Positions 29,596 to 39,192 of a stretch of 64,000 nucleotides of DNA are shown piece by piece (the first letter of the stretch is position 1; every line of letters starts with the position of its first letter). This DNA comes from Flavobacteriaceae bacterium (GTDB lineage: Bacteria; Bacteroidota; Bacteroidia; Flavobacteriales; Flavobacteriaceae). The notes beneath the pieces were generated by a model, which did no database searches, was not told where the DNA came from, and saw only the letters and a program-made list of their open reading frames with translations. The DNA lies in assembly GCA_009886625.1 (NCBI GenBank), contig QXZA01000027.1:293-64292 (forward strand), written 5' to 3'. Both the position numbers and the translations under genes were made by a program.

Positions 29596-30207
29596 ATGAA
29601 AATTTTACGCGCAAAAGCGGAACATATCAGTTATGCTAAAGACATTAGCAAATGCATCGACGAGTCAGCCAAAAACAGAGGTACTGGGATTGCTAGAAGA
29701 ACTCCCGAATACATATCTGGAAAAATTCAAAATGGAAATGCTGTGATCGCAATTGATAAAGATCAATTTGTGGGATTCTGTTATATCGAAATATGGGGAC
29801 ACGGAAAGTATGTTGCCCACTCTGGACTCATCGTCGCTCCAGACCAAAGAGGAAAAGGACTTGCCAAAAAAATCAAGAAAAAAGTTTTTGAACTTTCACT
29901 TGAAAAATACCCTGATGCAAAAGTCTTTGGGATCACAACGGGTATGGCAGTGATGAAAATCAATTACGAATTGGGGTATAAACCCGTTCATTTTTCGGAA
30001 CTCACAGATGACCCAGAATTCTGGAAAGGATGTCAAACTTGTAAAAACTATGATATACTTACCCGTACAGAGCGCCAAATGTGTCTTTGTACTGGTATGT
30101 TATACGATCCAAATAAAAAAACAGAAAACAAAACCTTTAATACAAAGGTGGCCCTTCGGTTAAAAAAAATCAAAGAATCATTATTACTAAAAAAGAATAA
30201 ATCATGA
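29596..30207 (+). CDS. GNAT-family acyltransferase, first gene of the arg operon (candidate N-acyl-glutamate synthase)
   Basis: GNAT motif A region VAPDQRGKGLAKKIKKKVFE. ATGA overlap with argG. Confidence 0.65.
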   Translation: MKILRAKAEHISYAKDISKCIDESAKNRGTGIARRTPEYISGKIQNGNAVIAIDKDQFVGFCYIEIWGHGKYVAHSGLIVAPDQRGKGLAKKIKKKVFELSLEKYPDAKVFGITTGMAVMKINYELGYKPVHFSELTDDPEFWKGCQTCKNYDILTRTERQMCLCTGMLYDPNKKTENKTFNTKVALRLKKIKESLLLKKNKS

Positions 30208-31394
30208 AGCACTCCAAATTAGTTTTAGCATACAGTGGAGGATTAGACACTTCGTACTCTTTAAGAAAACTTTCCAAAGAGGGATATGAAGTACATGCAG
30301 TAAGTATAAATACTGGCGGATTTTCAGAAACTGAAATTCTAGATATTGAAAAGAAAGCCTATCAAATGGGCGCTCATTTGTATAAAAACATAGATGCTTT
30401 AGACTCTTTCTACAACAAAATTGTAAAATATTTAGTGTTTGGAAATGTCCTACGAAATAACACCTACCCACTATCAGTAAGTGCAGAGCGTATCATTCAA
30501 GCGGTAGAAATCATAACCTATGCCAAAGCCATTGGTGCTGAATATATTGCGCATGGAAGCACGGGAGCAGGAAATGATCAAGTGAGATTTGATATGATCT
30601 TCCAAGTTCTGGCACCAGAAATTAAAATCATTACTTTGATTCGAGATCATCAACTTTCAAGAGAAGATGAAATCGAATATCTTAAAACGCAGAGGATAGA
30701 TTTTCCTTGGGAAAAAGCAAAATACTCTATCAATCAAGGGTTGTGGGGAACTAGTGTGGGTGGAGCTGAAACTTTAACCTCTGATTTACCCTTACCTGAT
30801 TCGGCATATCCAAGCGCTTTGAAAAAAGAAAAAGAAGAACAAATCTCATTGCAGTTTACTCAAGGCGAATTAACCGCAGTAAACGGCAAGAAGGGATCGG
30901 CTGTAAACTTAATTCAAACCCTAGAGGAGCTCGCAAAACAGTATGCGATTGGACGTGATATTCATGTAGGAGATACAATCATCGGAATCAAAGGTCGAGT
31001 AGGTTTTGAAGCAGCTGCACCCTCTGTAATAATCAAAGCACACCACCTTTTAGAAAAGCATACATTAAGCAAATGGCAACAATTTCAAAAAGAACAATTG
31101 GCTAACTTTTATGGAATGCAATTACATGAAGGACACTATTTAGACCCTGTCATGCGAGACATGGAAGCCTTTATGGAAAGTAGTCAAAAGCAAGTCACAG
31201 GTTCTGTTTTTATCAAATTACACCCCTACCGTTTTGAGCTTCTAGGAATTGAATCACCCAATGACTTAATGCAAGCAGAGTTTGGAAGTTATGGAGAAAT
31301 GAATAAAGGATGGACGGCAGACGAAGCCAAAGGCTTTATCAAGTTAACTTCTAATGCCACTAAAATTTACCAACATTTAAACAATAAAAAATGA
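30204..31394 (+). CDS. argG: argininosuccinate synthase
   Basis: LAYSGGLDTS ATP-binding motif; 396 aa. Confidence 0.93.
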   Translation: MKHSKLVLAYSGGLDTSYSLRKLSKEGYEVHAVSINTGGFSETEILDIEKKAYQMGAHLYKNIDALDSFYNKIVKYLVFGNVLRNNTYPLSVSAERIIQAVEIITYAKAIGAEYIAHGSTGAGNDQVRFDMIFQVLAPEIKIITLIRDHQLSREDEIEYLKTQRIDFPWEKAKYSINQGLWGTSVGGAETLTSDLPLPDSAYPSALKKEKEEQISLQFTQGELTAVNGKKGSAVNLIQTLEELAKQYAIGRDIHVGDTIIGIKGRVGFEAAAPSVIIKAHHLLEKHTLSKWQQFQKEQLANFYGMQLHEGHYLDPVMRDMEAFMESSQKQVTGSVFIKLHPYRFELLGIESPNDLMQAEFGSYGEMNKGWTADEAKGFIKLTSNATKIYQHLNNKK

Positions 31395-32362
31395 AAAGTG
31401 TAGGAATAATTGGTGGATCTGGATATACAGGAGGAGAACTCATCCGATTGGTAATACACCATCCCGCCTTAGAACTTGAATTTATATACAGTACTACCCG
31501 TGCAGGCAAAGCTGTAAACTCATCCCATCCTGATCTCTTAGGGAGTTTGGATCTAAACTTTACGGATAAGGTGAATGAAAATATTGATTTATTGTTTCTG
31601 TGTCTCGGACATGGGAATTCACGTGCCTTTTTAGAGAAGCATTCCTTTTCTAAAGAAACGATTATCATTGATTTAGGAAATGATTTTAGACTCAATAGCG
31701 ATCAAGAATTTGGAGGGAGACACTTTGTTTATGGCTTAGCTGAGCTTCAAAGAGACCGAATTAAAAAGGCAACGGCTATTGCTAATCCAGGTTGTTTTGC
31801 AACTGCCATACAATTAGCCTTACTACCTTTAGCCAAACACAGCCTAATAAAAGATGCGGTTCACATAAACGCAACAACAGGAAGTACAGGTGCGGGAGTA
31901 GGACTCAGTCCAAGCAGTCATTTTAGTTGGAGAAACAATAACCTCTCTTGGTACAAGCCTTTTACCCATCAACATTTAGGAGAAATTCACCAAAGTTTAC
32001 AGCAACTGAATAGTCCTAGTGCATTGTTTTTTATGCCACAAAGAGGAGCTTTTACCCGAGGTATTTTTGCAACTGCATATACCCATTTTGATGGAACTCT
32101 TGAAGAAGCAAAAACCTTATATAAAGATTACTATGCGTCACATCCCTTTACCCAAGTATCTAATGAAGAAATCAGTTTAAAATCGGTTGTCAATACGAAC
32201 TTCTGTTTTCTTCACTTGCACAAACACGAAAATACTTTACTTGTGACTAGTGCTATTGACAATCTGGTAAAAGGGGCATCGGGACAAGCTATACAAAATA
32301 CCAATATTTTAATGGGCTGGGAAGAAAACCTAGGCCTTCAACTTAAAGCTTCTATTTTTTAA
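31391..32362 (+). CDS. argC: N-acyl-gamma-glutamyl-phosphate reductase
   Basis: GGSGYTGGELIRL Rossmann motif and catalytic Cys in ANPGCFATA. Confidence 0.92.
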   Translation: MKSVGIIGGSGYTGGELIRLVIHHPALELEFIYSTTRAGKAVNSSHPDLLGSLDLNFTDKVNENIDLLFLCLGHGNSRAFLEKHSFSKETIIIDLGNDFRLNSDQEFGGRHFVYGLAELQRDRIKKATAIANPGCFATAIQLALLPLAKHSLIKDAVHINATTGSTGAGVGLSPSSHFSWRNNNLSWYKPFTHQHLGEIHQSLQQLNSPSALFFMPQRGAFTRGIFATAYTHFDGTLEEAKTLYKDYYASHPFTQVSNEEISLKSVVNTNFCFLHLHKHENTLLVTSAIDNLVKGASGQAIQNTNILMGWEENLGLQLKASIF

Positions 32363-32373
32363 AAAAATCAACT

Positions 32374-33168
32374 ATGAAAATCGCCATCATCGGAACCGGA
32401 AATTTAGGATTGAGTATCGCCAAAGGCTTGGTCATTAACAATACCTACACTACACTTTACCTCACTAAAAGGAATTTAGATGCGCTTTCAAGTTGGAAAG
32501 AATATAAAAACGTTTATATCACGCAAGACAACAAAGAGGCCGTTCAAAAATCAGATATTTTAATTTTCGCAGTCCAACCCAATCAATTTGAGTCAATTTT
32601 AGAAGAAATAAAGCCTGTTTTAAACAATAAGCATGTGATCATTTCAACCATTACTGGCTATGCAATTGAACGGGTGGAAAAGCAGCTTGGGAATCAATAC
32701 CCCATAATACGATCTATGCCCAATACTGCTATTTCTGTGGGGAAATCCATGACTTGTTTATGTAGCAATAAAGTTGGTGAAAAGAGGCTTCCTATTGCTG
32801 AAGCCATATACAACGGCTTGGGAACCACCCTCACTATTGAAGAAACGCATATGCAAGCAGCCACTGTTTTATGTGCAAGTGGAATTGCCTTTTGGATGCG
32901 CTTAATTCGAGCAACGACTCAGGGAGGAGTTCAATTAGGCTTTGATGCAGATGTGGCACTTAAAATGTCCATGCAGACAGCTATGGGCGCAGCAAGTTTA
33001 CTCATCGAAACAGGCAGCCATCCAGAAGAAGAAATCGATCGGGTCACCACTCCTAGAGGATGTACCATTACCGGTCTCAATGAAATGGAACATCAAGGAT
33101 TAAGTTCCTCCCTAATCAAAGGATTAAATGCTTCCTTTAACAAGATTAACGATATCGCAAAACAGTAA
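32374..33168 (+). CDS. proC: pyrroline-5-carboxylate reductase
   Basis: IAIIGTGNLG Rossmann motif and C-terminal VTTPRGCTITGL signature. Confidence 0.88.
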   Translation: MKIAIIGTGNLGLSIAKGLVINNTYTTLYLTKRNLDALSSWKEYKNVYITQDNKEAVQKSDILIFAVQPNQFESILEEIKPVLNNKHVIISTITGYAIERVEKQLGNQYPIIRSMPNTAISVGKSMTCLCSNKVGEKRLPIAEAIYNGLGTTLTIEETHMQAATVLCASGIAFWMRLIRATTQGGVQLGFDADVALKMSMQTAMGAASLLIETGSHPEEEIDRVTTPRGCTITGLNEMEHQGLSSSLIKGLNASFNKINDIAKQ

Positions 33169-33173
33169 AACCA

Positions 33174-34316
33174 ATGAAATTATTTGATGTTTATCCTTTA
33201 TATGAAGTCACCCCAGTTCGAGCAAAAGATGTATACGTATATGATAATAATGATATTGAATATCTTGATTTATACGGGGGACATGCAGTAATTTCTATTG
33301 GCCATTCACATCCACATTATGTTCAGAAAATCAAAAATCAACTGGACCAACTTGGCTTTTATTCCAATGCCATTAAGAATCCATTACAACAACAATTAGC
33401 AGATGCCATAGGAGAACAATCTTGCCTGCACGATTATGAATTGTTTTTGTGTAGTACAGGAGCAGAAGCAATAGAAAATGCATTAAAGCTCGCTTCATTT
33501 CACACTCAACGAAAAAAGGTTATTGCTTTTCATAATGCTTTTCATGGAAGAACCTCAGCCGCTGTAGCAGTCACTGATAACCTATCAATTAACGCTCCTT
33601 TAAACCAACAACAAGAGGTTACTTTTTTACCCTACAATAACATCGATGCATTGGAAGAGGCCCTAAAAACAGAAGCCTATTGTGCGGTAATTTTTGAGGC
33701 AATTCAGGGTGTGGGAGGACTAGACCAACCCTCTGAAGAATTTATCTTTGCTATGGAGTCTCTTTGTGAGAAATACGGCAGTTGTTTGATTGCAGACGAA
33801 GTTCAATCGGGATTCGGCCGTTCGGGGACTTTCTTTGCTTATCAGCAGCATAAAATTAATCCACACATCATCACCATGGCCAAGGGAATGGGAAATGGCT
33901 TTCCCATTGGAGGAATATTAGTTCATCCACAGATTAAAGCCAAATATGGAATGTTAGGAACCACTTTTGGTGGAAATCATTTAGCTTGTAGTGCATCCAT
34001 AGCCGTTTTGGATGTACTGAAAGAAGAAAGATTACAAGAAAAAACAAAAGCCTTAGAAGAGCACTTCGGAGAAAGAGCACAACAAATTCCAGGGGTTAAA
34101 AAAATAAAAGGGAGAGGTCTCATGCTTGGATTAGAATTTGATTTTGAAGTTGCAACACTAAGAAAGGAGCTAATTTACACCCACCATATATTTACTGGAG
34201 GGAGTAGCAACAAAAAACTCATTCGAATTTTACCTCCCCTAACCGTGAAAGAAAAACATTTTGACTTGTTTTTTGATGCGCTTCAACTCGCTCTAACAAA
34301 ACTAGAAGCAAACTAA
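33174..34316 (+). CDS. argD: acyl-ornithine aminotransferase (class III PLP aminotransferase)
   Basis: LIADEVQSGFGRSG and the PLP-lysine region ITMAKGMGNGFP. Confidence 0.88.
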   Translation: MKLFDVYPLYEVTPVRAKDVYVYDNNDIEYLDLYGGHAVISIGHSHPHYVQKIKNQLDQLGFYSNAIKNPLQQQLADAIGEQSCLHDYELFLCSTGAEAIENALKLASFHTQRKKVIAFHNAFHGRTSAAVAVTDNLSINAPLNQQQEVTFLPYNNIDALEEALKTEAYCAVIFEAIQGVGGLDQPSEEFIFAMESLCEKYGSCLIADEVQSGFGRSGTFFAYQQHKINPHIITMAKGMGNGFPIGGILVHPQIKAKYGMLGTTFGGNHLACSASIAVLDVLKEERLQEKTKALEEHFGERAQQIPGVKKIKGRGLMLGLEFDFEVATLRKELIYTHHIFTGGSSNKKLIRILPPLTVKEKHFDLFFDALQLALTKLEAN

Positions 34317-34326
34317 GTTTATTTTT

Positions 34327-35274
34327 ATGAAACATTACCTCACCTTAAACGATCTTCCAAATTTAGAAACAGCAGTTGCTGAAGCAATTGTCCTAAAGAA
34401 AGATCCCTTTCAATTTGAAAAAATTGGGAAAAACAAAACCTTAGGGATGCTCTTTTTCAATCCTAGTTTAAGAACTCGTTTAAGCACTCAAAAAGCAGCA
34501 CAACAATTAGGAATTCATACCATGATCATGAATTTTTCTAACGAAGCTTGGGCTTTGGAATTTGAGGACGGTACACAAATGAGTGGATTACGCTCAGAAC
34601 ATATCAAAGAGGCGGCTGCAGTCGTTTCCCAATATTGTGATATAGTAGCAATACGTGCTTTCGCATCCTTAACGCACAAAGAAAGTGATGAAGCTGAAAA
34701 AGTAATACATAATTTTGCTAAATATGCGAGTATTCCTGTAGTCAATATGGAAAGTGCCACTGCACATCCTTTACAAGCTTTGGCTGATGCCATTACAATT
34801 AAAGAACACAGTATTAAAAAAAGACCTAAAATTGCTCTGACTTGGGCTCCTCACCCTAAAGCCCTTCCCCATGCAGTGGCGAATTCCTTTACATGTATGG
34901 CACAACAGCTTGATGCAGATTTTGTAATTGCTCAGCCCGAAGGTTACGAACTGAATCCTGAAATAACAAAAAATACACCCCTCTTTCACAATCAAGAAGA
35001 AGCCTTGGAAGGTGCCGATTTTGTTTATGCCAAGAATTGGTGTTCCTATGCTGACTATGGAAAAATACTTCGTACCGATGACGCTTGGATGTTGACTGCA
35101 GAAAAATTAAAGAACACAAACAATGCAAAGTTTATGCATTGCCTCCCAGTTCGACGAAACATTGTTGTTGCAGATGATGTTCTTGACAACCCGAATTCTC
35201 TTGTTATTAAACAAGCAAACAATAGGACTTTTTCAGCACAAGTAGTATTAAAAAAGATACTGGAAAATGGATAA
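34327..35274 (+). CDS. argF: N-acyl-ornithine carbamoyltransferase (argF' type; probably N-succinylornithine-specific)
   Basis: SLRTR carbamoyl-phosphate motif, HCLPVRRN, ~315 aa with no ornithine-type DxxxSMG loop. Ser precedes the conserved EH dipeptide (GLRSEHIKE). Confidence 0.8.
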   Translation: MKHYLTLNDLPNLETAVAEAIVLKKDPFQFEKIGKNKTLGMLFFNPSLRTRLSTQKAAQQLGIHTMIMNFSNEAWALEFEDGTQMSGLRSEHIKEAAAVVSQYCDIVAIRAFASLTHKESDEAEKVIHNFAKYASIPVVNMESATAHPLQALADAITIKEHSIKKRPKIALTWAPHPKALPHAVANSFTCMAQQLDADFVIAQPEGYELNPEITKNTPLFHNQEEALEGADFVYAKNWCSYADYGKILRTDDAWMLTAEKLKNTNNAKFMHCLPVRRNIVVADDVLDNPNSLVIKQANNRTFSAQVVLKKILENG

Positions 35275-36040
35275 ATTACAGATTGTCAAAATTGGAGGAA
35301 ATGTCATTGAAAATCGAATGGCGCTTGAGGAATTTTTAACTGATTTTTCTCACCTAAAAGAAGCTAAAATTTTAGTTCATGGAGGAGGAAAAGAAGCAAC
35401 TCAAATGGCTGAAAAACTGGGGATTCCTGTCCAAATAATAGACGGAAGACGGATCACTGACGCAGCAAATCTGGAGATTATTAGTATGCTGTATGCAGGG
35501 AAACTAAACAAAACCATAGTAGCACAATTGCAAGCAACGGGCTGTAACGCCCTCGGTCTTAGCGGAGCTGACGGAAATAGTATACGTGCTGAAACACGTG
35601 CTCCGAAACCTATAAACTTTGGTTTTGTGGGAGATATTACTGCTGTTAATGCTTCCTTGTTCAACACACTACTTGCTCAAGAAATTACTCCTGTTTGTTG
35701 TGCTATTACTCATGATAAAAACGGACAACTTCTCAATACCAATGCCGACACTATTGCTTCTGAAATCGCAATTGCAATGTCTGCACATTTTGAGGTAAGC
35801 TTAAATTATTGTTTTGAAAAGAAAGGAGTTTTACAAAGATTAGAAGATGAAAACTCAGTGATACCCATAATTAATTCATCCTCTTACGAAATACTAAAAA
35901 ATGATAATACAATTAATAACGGCATGCTCCCCAAAATTCACAATTGCTTTGAAGCACTCAAAAAGGGAGTAAATCAAGTTCGAATTGGTAGTCCAAAAAT
36001 GATCACAGGAAAAGAAATTCATACCCAAATACAATTGTAA
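35267..36040 (+). CDS. argB: acyl-glutamate kinase
   Basis: QIVKIGGNV...VHGGGKE amino-acid kinase signature; 257 aa. Confidence 0.9.
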   Translation: MDKLQIVKIGGNVIENRMALEEFLTDFSHLKEAKILVHGGGKEATQMAEKLGIPVQIIDGRRITDAANLEIISMLYAGKLNKTIVAQLQATGCNALGLSGADGNSIRAETRAPKPINFGFVGDITAVNASLFNTLLAQEITPVCCAITHDKNGQLLNTNADTIASEIAIAMSAHFEVSLNYCFEKKGVLQRLEDENSVIPIINSSSYEILKNDNTINNGMLPKIHNCFEALKKGVNQVRIGSPKMITGKEIHTQIQL

Positions 36041-37089
36041 TGATAACTCAAAAAGCCATACAGCTATTACAAGATTTAATTCAAATTGAATCCTTTTCTA
36101 AAAAGGAAGATAAAACCGCTGATCGAATTGAGGCGTGGTTTACTACACATAAAATTCCCTTTCAAAGACAAAATAATAATGTATGGGCAACCAATCAACA
36201 ATTTAATCCCGAATTACCGACGCTTCTTCTCAATTCGCATCACGATACCGTCCAGCCCAATCAAGCTTATACACGAGATCCATTCTCCCCTGATATTATA
36301 GATGGAAAACTTTATGGCTTAGGAAGTAACGATGCTGGTGGTGCATTGGTGTCATTGATTGCTCTTTTTACTCATTATTATGCCCATCCTAATCCAAATT
36401 TCAACCTTCTAATGGCGGCAACCTCAGAAGAAGAAATTGCGGGAAAAAACAGCTTAAGTGGATTATTACCAAGCCTCCCGAAAATCAATTTTGCTATTGT
36501 AGGGGAACCCACATTAATGGATTTGGCCATAGCCGAAAAAGGTTTAGTTGTTTTTGAAGCTACCATAAAAGGAACACCAAGTCATGCGGCTCATCCCAAC
36601 ACAGACAATCCCTTGATGAAAATTCCGGAGGTAATTCAAGCCATTAAATCCATTCAGTTTGACAAAATCTCTCCTGTTTTAGGTCATGTAAAAGTTACTC
36701 TCACCCAAATAGAAGCTGGAAGTCAGCACAATGTTGTTCCTTCGGAAGTGAAATTAGTCATTGATGTTCGGGTAAACGAATTTTATACCAATATTGAAAT
36801 CGAACAACATTTAAAAGCTGCACTACCCTGTGAAGTCAGTGCACGTTCTTTACGACTAAAAAGCTCTTCGATAGACATTGATCATCCATTGGTAAAAGCG
36901 GGGATAGCTTTAGGTAAAAAAACCTACGGTTCCCCCACTCTTTCTGATCAAGCAGCTTTAAATTGTCCCTCCCTAAAACTAGGGCCTGGGGATTCAACTC
37001 GATCGCATTCAGCAGATGAGTATATATATGTAAACGAAATTGAAGAAGGCATCGCCTTTTATATCGCACTTTTAAAAAACATCTTGTAA
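36040..37089 (+). CDS. argE: M20-family deacylase (acetyl/succinyl-ornithine deacylase)
   Basis: M20 metal ligand context LLLNSHHDTV...GSNDAGG...SEEE, plus its position in the operon. Confidence 0.75.
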   Translation: MITQKAIQLLQDLIQIESFSKKEDKTADRIEAWFTTHKIPFQRQNNNVWATNQQFNPELPTLLLNSHHDTVQPNQAYTRDPFSPDIIDGKLYGLGSNDAGGALVSLIALFTHYYAHPNPNFNLLMAATSEEEIAGKNSLSGLLPSLPKINFAIVGEPTLMDLAIAEKGLVVFEATIKGTPSHAAHPNTDNPLMKIPEVIQAIKSIQFDKISPVLGHVKVTLTQIEAGSQHNVVPSEVKLVIDVRVNEFYTNIEIEQHLKAALPCEVSARSLRLKSSSIDIDHPLVKAGIALGKKTYGSPTLSDQAALNCPSLKLGPGDSTRSHSADEYIYVNEIEEGIAFYIALLKNIL

Positions 37090-37090
37090 T

Positions 37091-38374
37091 ATGAAACTTT
37101 GGCAAAAAGGAACAGCAGCTCATGAAAAAGTAGACAGCTTTACCGTAGGGAAAGACCGCGAATACGATTTGGTATTGGCGCAATATGATTGCGAAGCTTC
37201 TATGGCACATGCCAAGATGCTGGGTGCCATTGGACTGATAACTACAGCCGAAGCGCAGCAACTTTGTAAAGTTTTAGAAGCCCTAAAAGAAGATGCAGAA
37301 AAAGGAGTCTTCACCATTGAAAATGAGTTTGAAGATATGCACTCCAAAATCGAGCATGTACTCACCGAAAAACTAGGAGATTTAGGAAAAAAAATTCATA
37401 CTGCACGTTCTAGAAACGACCAAGTTTTAGTTGCGATGCACTTGTATTTAAAACAAGAATTGACTGAGATTAAAACCCAAGTCATAGCCCTTTTTGATTT
37501 GTTATTAGAATTGGCTGAGAAACACCAAGACGACCTAATTCCGGGCTATACACATCTGCAAGTTGCTATGCCTTCCTCTATTGGAATGTGGCTGTCAGCT
37601 TATGCGGAAAGTCTAGTTGACGATTTATATTTTGGGGAAGCTGCCTTCAAAATCGCTGACCAAAATCCACTAGGGAGTGCTGCTGGTTATGGGAGTGCCT
37701 TTCCAATTGATCGAGAGCTTACCACCAAACTAATGGCCTTTAAACAACTAAAAGTGAATGCCGTTGCTTCGCAAATGAGCAGAGGGAAATTAGAAAAAAG
37801 CACTGCGATGGCATTGTCAAGCATTGGTAGTAGTTTGTCCAAAATGTGTATGGATATTTGTCTCTACATGGGACAAGATTTTGATTTCATCTCCTTTCCT
37901 GCAGATTTGACTACGGGTTCAAGCATTATGCCTCACAAGAAAAATCCTGATTTGTTTGAGTTAGTTCGTGGAAAGTGCAATAGCCTCCAAGGACTTCCTA
38001 ATCAATTGGCTTTATTGACGACCAATCTACCCAGTGGATATCACAGAGAATTACAGTTAGCCAAGGGTCCTATCATTGATGCAGTCCAAGAATTGAAATC
38101 GTGTATGGATATTCTCTTGTTCAGTTTACCCCAATTAAAAGTTTCCCAAAACACCACCGACCAAAAAAAATACGATTTTCTCTTTAGCGTAGATACCCTA
38201 AACGCTGATGTAATTGCTGGCAAACCTTTTCGCGATGCATATCGTGCTCTGGGAGAAACCATTGAAAACGGAACATATATTCCCAACAGAAATTTGAAGC
38301 ATACTCATGTGGGAAGTGTCGGAAACTTAGGCTTGGATCATATTAAAGCTAAAATGGAAACTTTACGATTTTAG
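37091..38374 (+). CDS. argH: argininosuccinate lyase
   Basis: TGSSIMPHKKNPD fumarate-lyase signature and ARSRNDQV. Confidence 0.94.
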   Translation: MKLWQKGTAAHEKVDSFTVGKDREYDLVLAQYDCEASMAHAKMLGAIGLITTAEAQQLCKVLEALKEDAEKGVFTIENEFEDMHSKIEHVLTEKLGDLGKKIHTARSRNDQVLVAMHLYLKQELTEIKTQVIALFDLLLELAEKHQDDLIPGYTHLQVAMPSSIGMWLSAYAESLVDDLYFGEAAFKIADQNPLGSAAGYGSAFPIDRELTTKLMAFKQLKVNAVASQMSRGKLEKSTAMALSSIGSSLSKMCMDICLYMGQDFDFISFPADLTTGSSIMPHKKNPDLFELVRGKCNSLQGLPNQLALLTTNLPSGYHRELQLAKGPIIDAVQELKSCMDILLFSLPQLKVSQNTTDQKKYDFLFSVDTLNADVIAGKPFRDAYRALGETIENGTYIPNRNLKHTHVGSVGNLGLDHIKAKMETLRF

Positions 38375-38437
38375 AAGAATTTTATATTTTTTTTAATTTT
38401 AAATAAGAAAATTGAAAAAGTAATAAGAATTTGCCTG

Positions 38438-38494
38438 AGGGATTTAGCACCAAAATGAGGATTAAATTGATCGCTATTGCATGTGCAAATCCCT
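38438..38494. other. long imperfect inverted repeat downstream of argH (terminator or structured element)
   Basis: AGGGATTTaGCAC (38438-38450) pairs with GTGCAAATCCCT (38483-38494) with one bulged base across a 32-nt loop, and is followed by atttta. Confidence 0.3.
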
Positions 38495-38554
38495 ATTTTA
38501 AATAGATAATATCTCGAATATAAACTTGTCTTAATTCTTCTTAAACAAATATTT

Positions 38555-38869
38555 ATGAATAAACTGAAAAAGATCAAAACACTGTCCTTTGCAAAGTTTC
38601 AAGCTTTACTTATGGGACTTACGGGAGTCCTCTTTGGAATACTATATTCATTTGGAGGTTTATTCATAGATATACTTGTAAGTTTAGAAATCGTATCCCC
38701 TGGACTTGCCTCCACCCCTGGATTGAGTTTTGGGACTGTTCTAGCTTTTGGTGCACTCATAGGAATGCCGCTTCTTTTTGCCTTAATAGGATTTTCATTT
38801 GGAATTATTGAAGCTCTTTTATTTAATTTAGTAGCAAAGAGATTCGGAGGAATTCAAGTGCCCTTTTAA
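38555..38869 (+). CDS. small membrane protein (3 predicted helices)
   Basis: 104 aa, Gly/Leu/Phe-rich hydrophobic segments, no recognisable family. Confidence 0.4.
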   Translation: MNKLKKIKTLSFAKFQALLMGLTGVLFGILYSFGGLFIDILVSLEIVSPGLASTPGLSFGTVLAFGALIGMPLLFALIGFSFGIIEALLFNLVAKRFGGIQVPF

Positions 38870-38878
38870 AAAAAAATA

Positions 38879-39163
38879 ATGACTATCCCTGCAAAAATTT
38901 TGACCCTGCATCCACAAGGTAAAAAAGGAGTTAATATACATAAGAGTAAATACGAAAACATCAAAACGTTCCTTATTAAAATAATTGAAGTACAGCATGA
39001 AATCACTTATAAAGCTCTAAACAAAAAAGCCATTGAGGAACTTTCAAAAACTTTTGATGGCAAAGTAGGTTGGTATGTGGTAACAGTAAAATTAGATTTA
39101 GAAGCACGTGGAATCATTGAACGAATTCCTAAAACGAGTCCTCACAAAGTAAGAATGAAATAA
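38879..39163 (+). CDS. small conserved hypothetical protein
   Basis: 94-aa basic soluble ORF 10 nt downstream of the previous gene. No motif recognised. Confidence 0.4.
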   Translation: MTIPAKILTLHPQGKKGVNIHKSKYENIKTFLIKIIEVQHEITYKALNKKAIEELSKTFDGKVGWYVVTVKLDLEARGIIERIPKTSPHKVRMK

Positions 39164-39169
39164 ATCTTA

Positions 39170-39184
39170 AAGGCATTCCGCCTT
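39170..39184. terminator. weak hairpin between convergent genes
   Basis: AAGGC-attcc-GCCTT, a 5-bp stem only. Confidence 0.25.
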
Positions 39185-39192
39185 ATTACCCA

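Noticed and set aside
38371-38577. The 68-aa minus-strand ORF between argH and the small membrane protein.
   Set aside because: It overlaps both neighbours' ends, has low-complexity I/F/K-rich composition, and spans the long inverted repeat.
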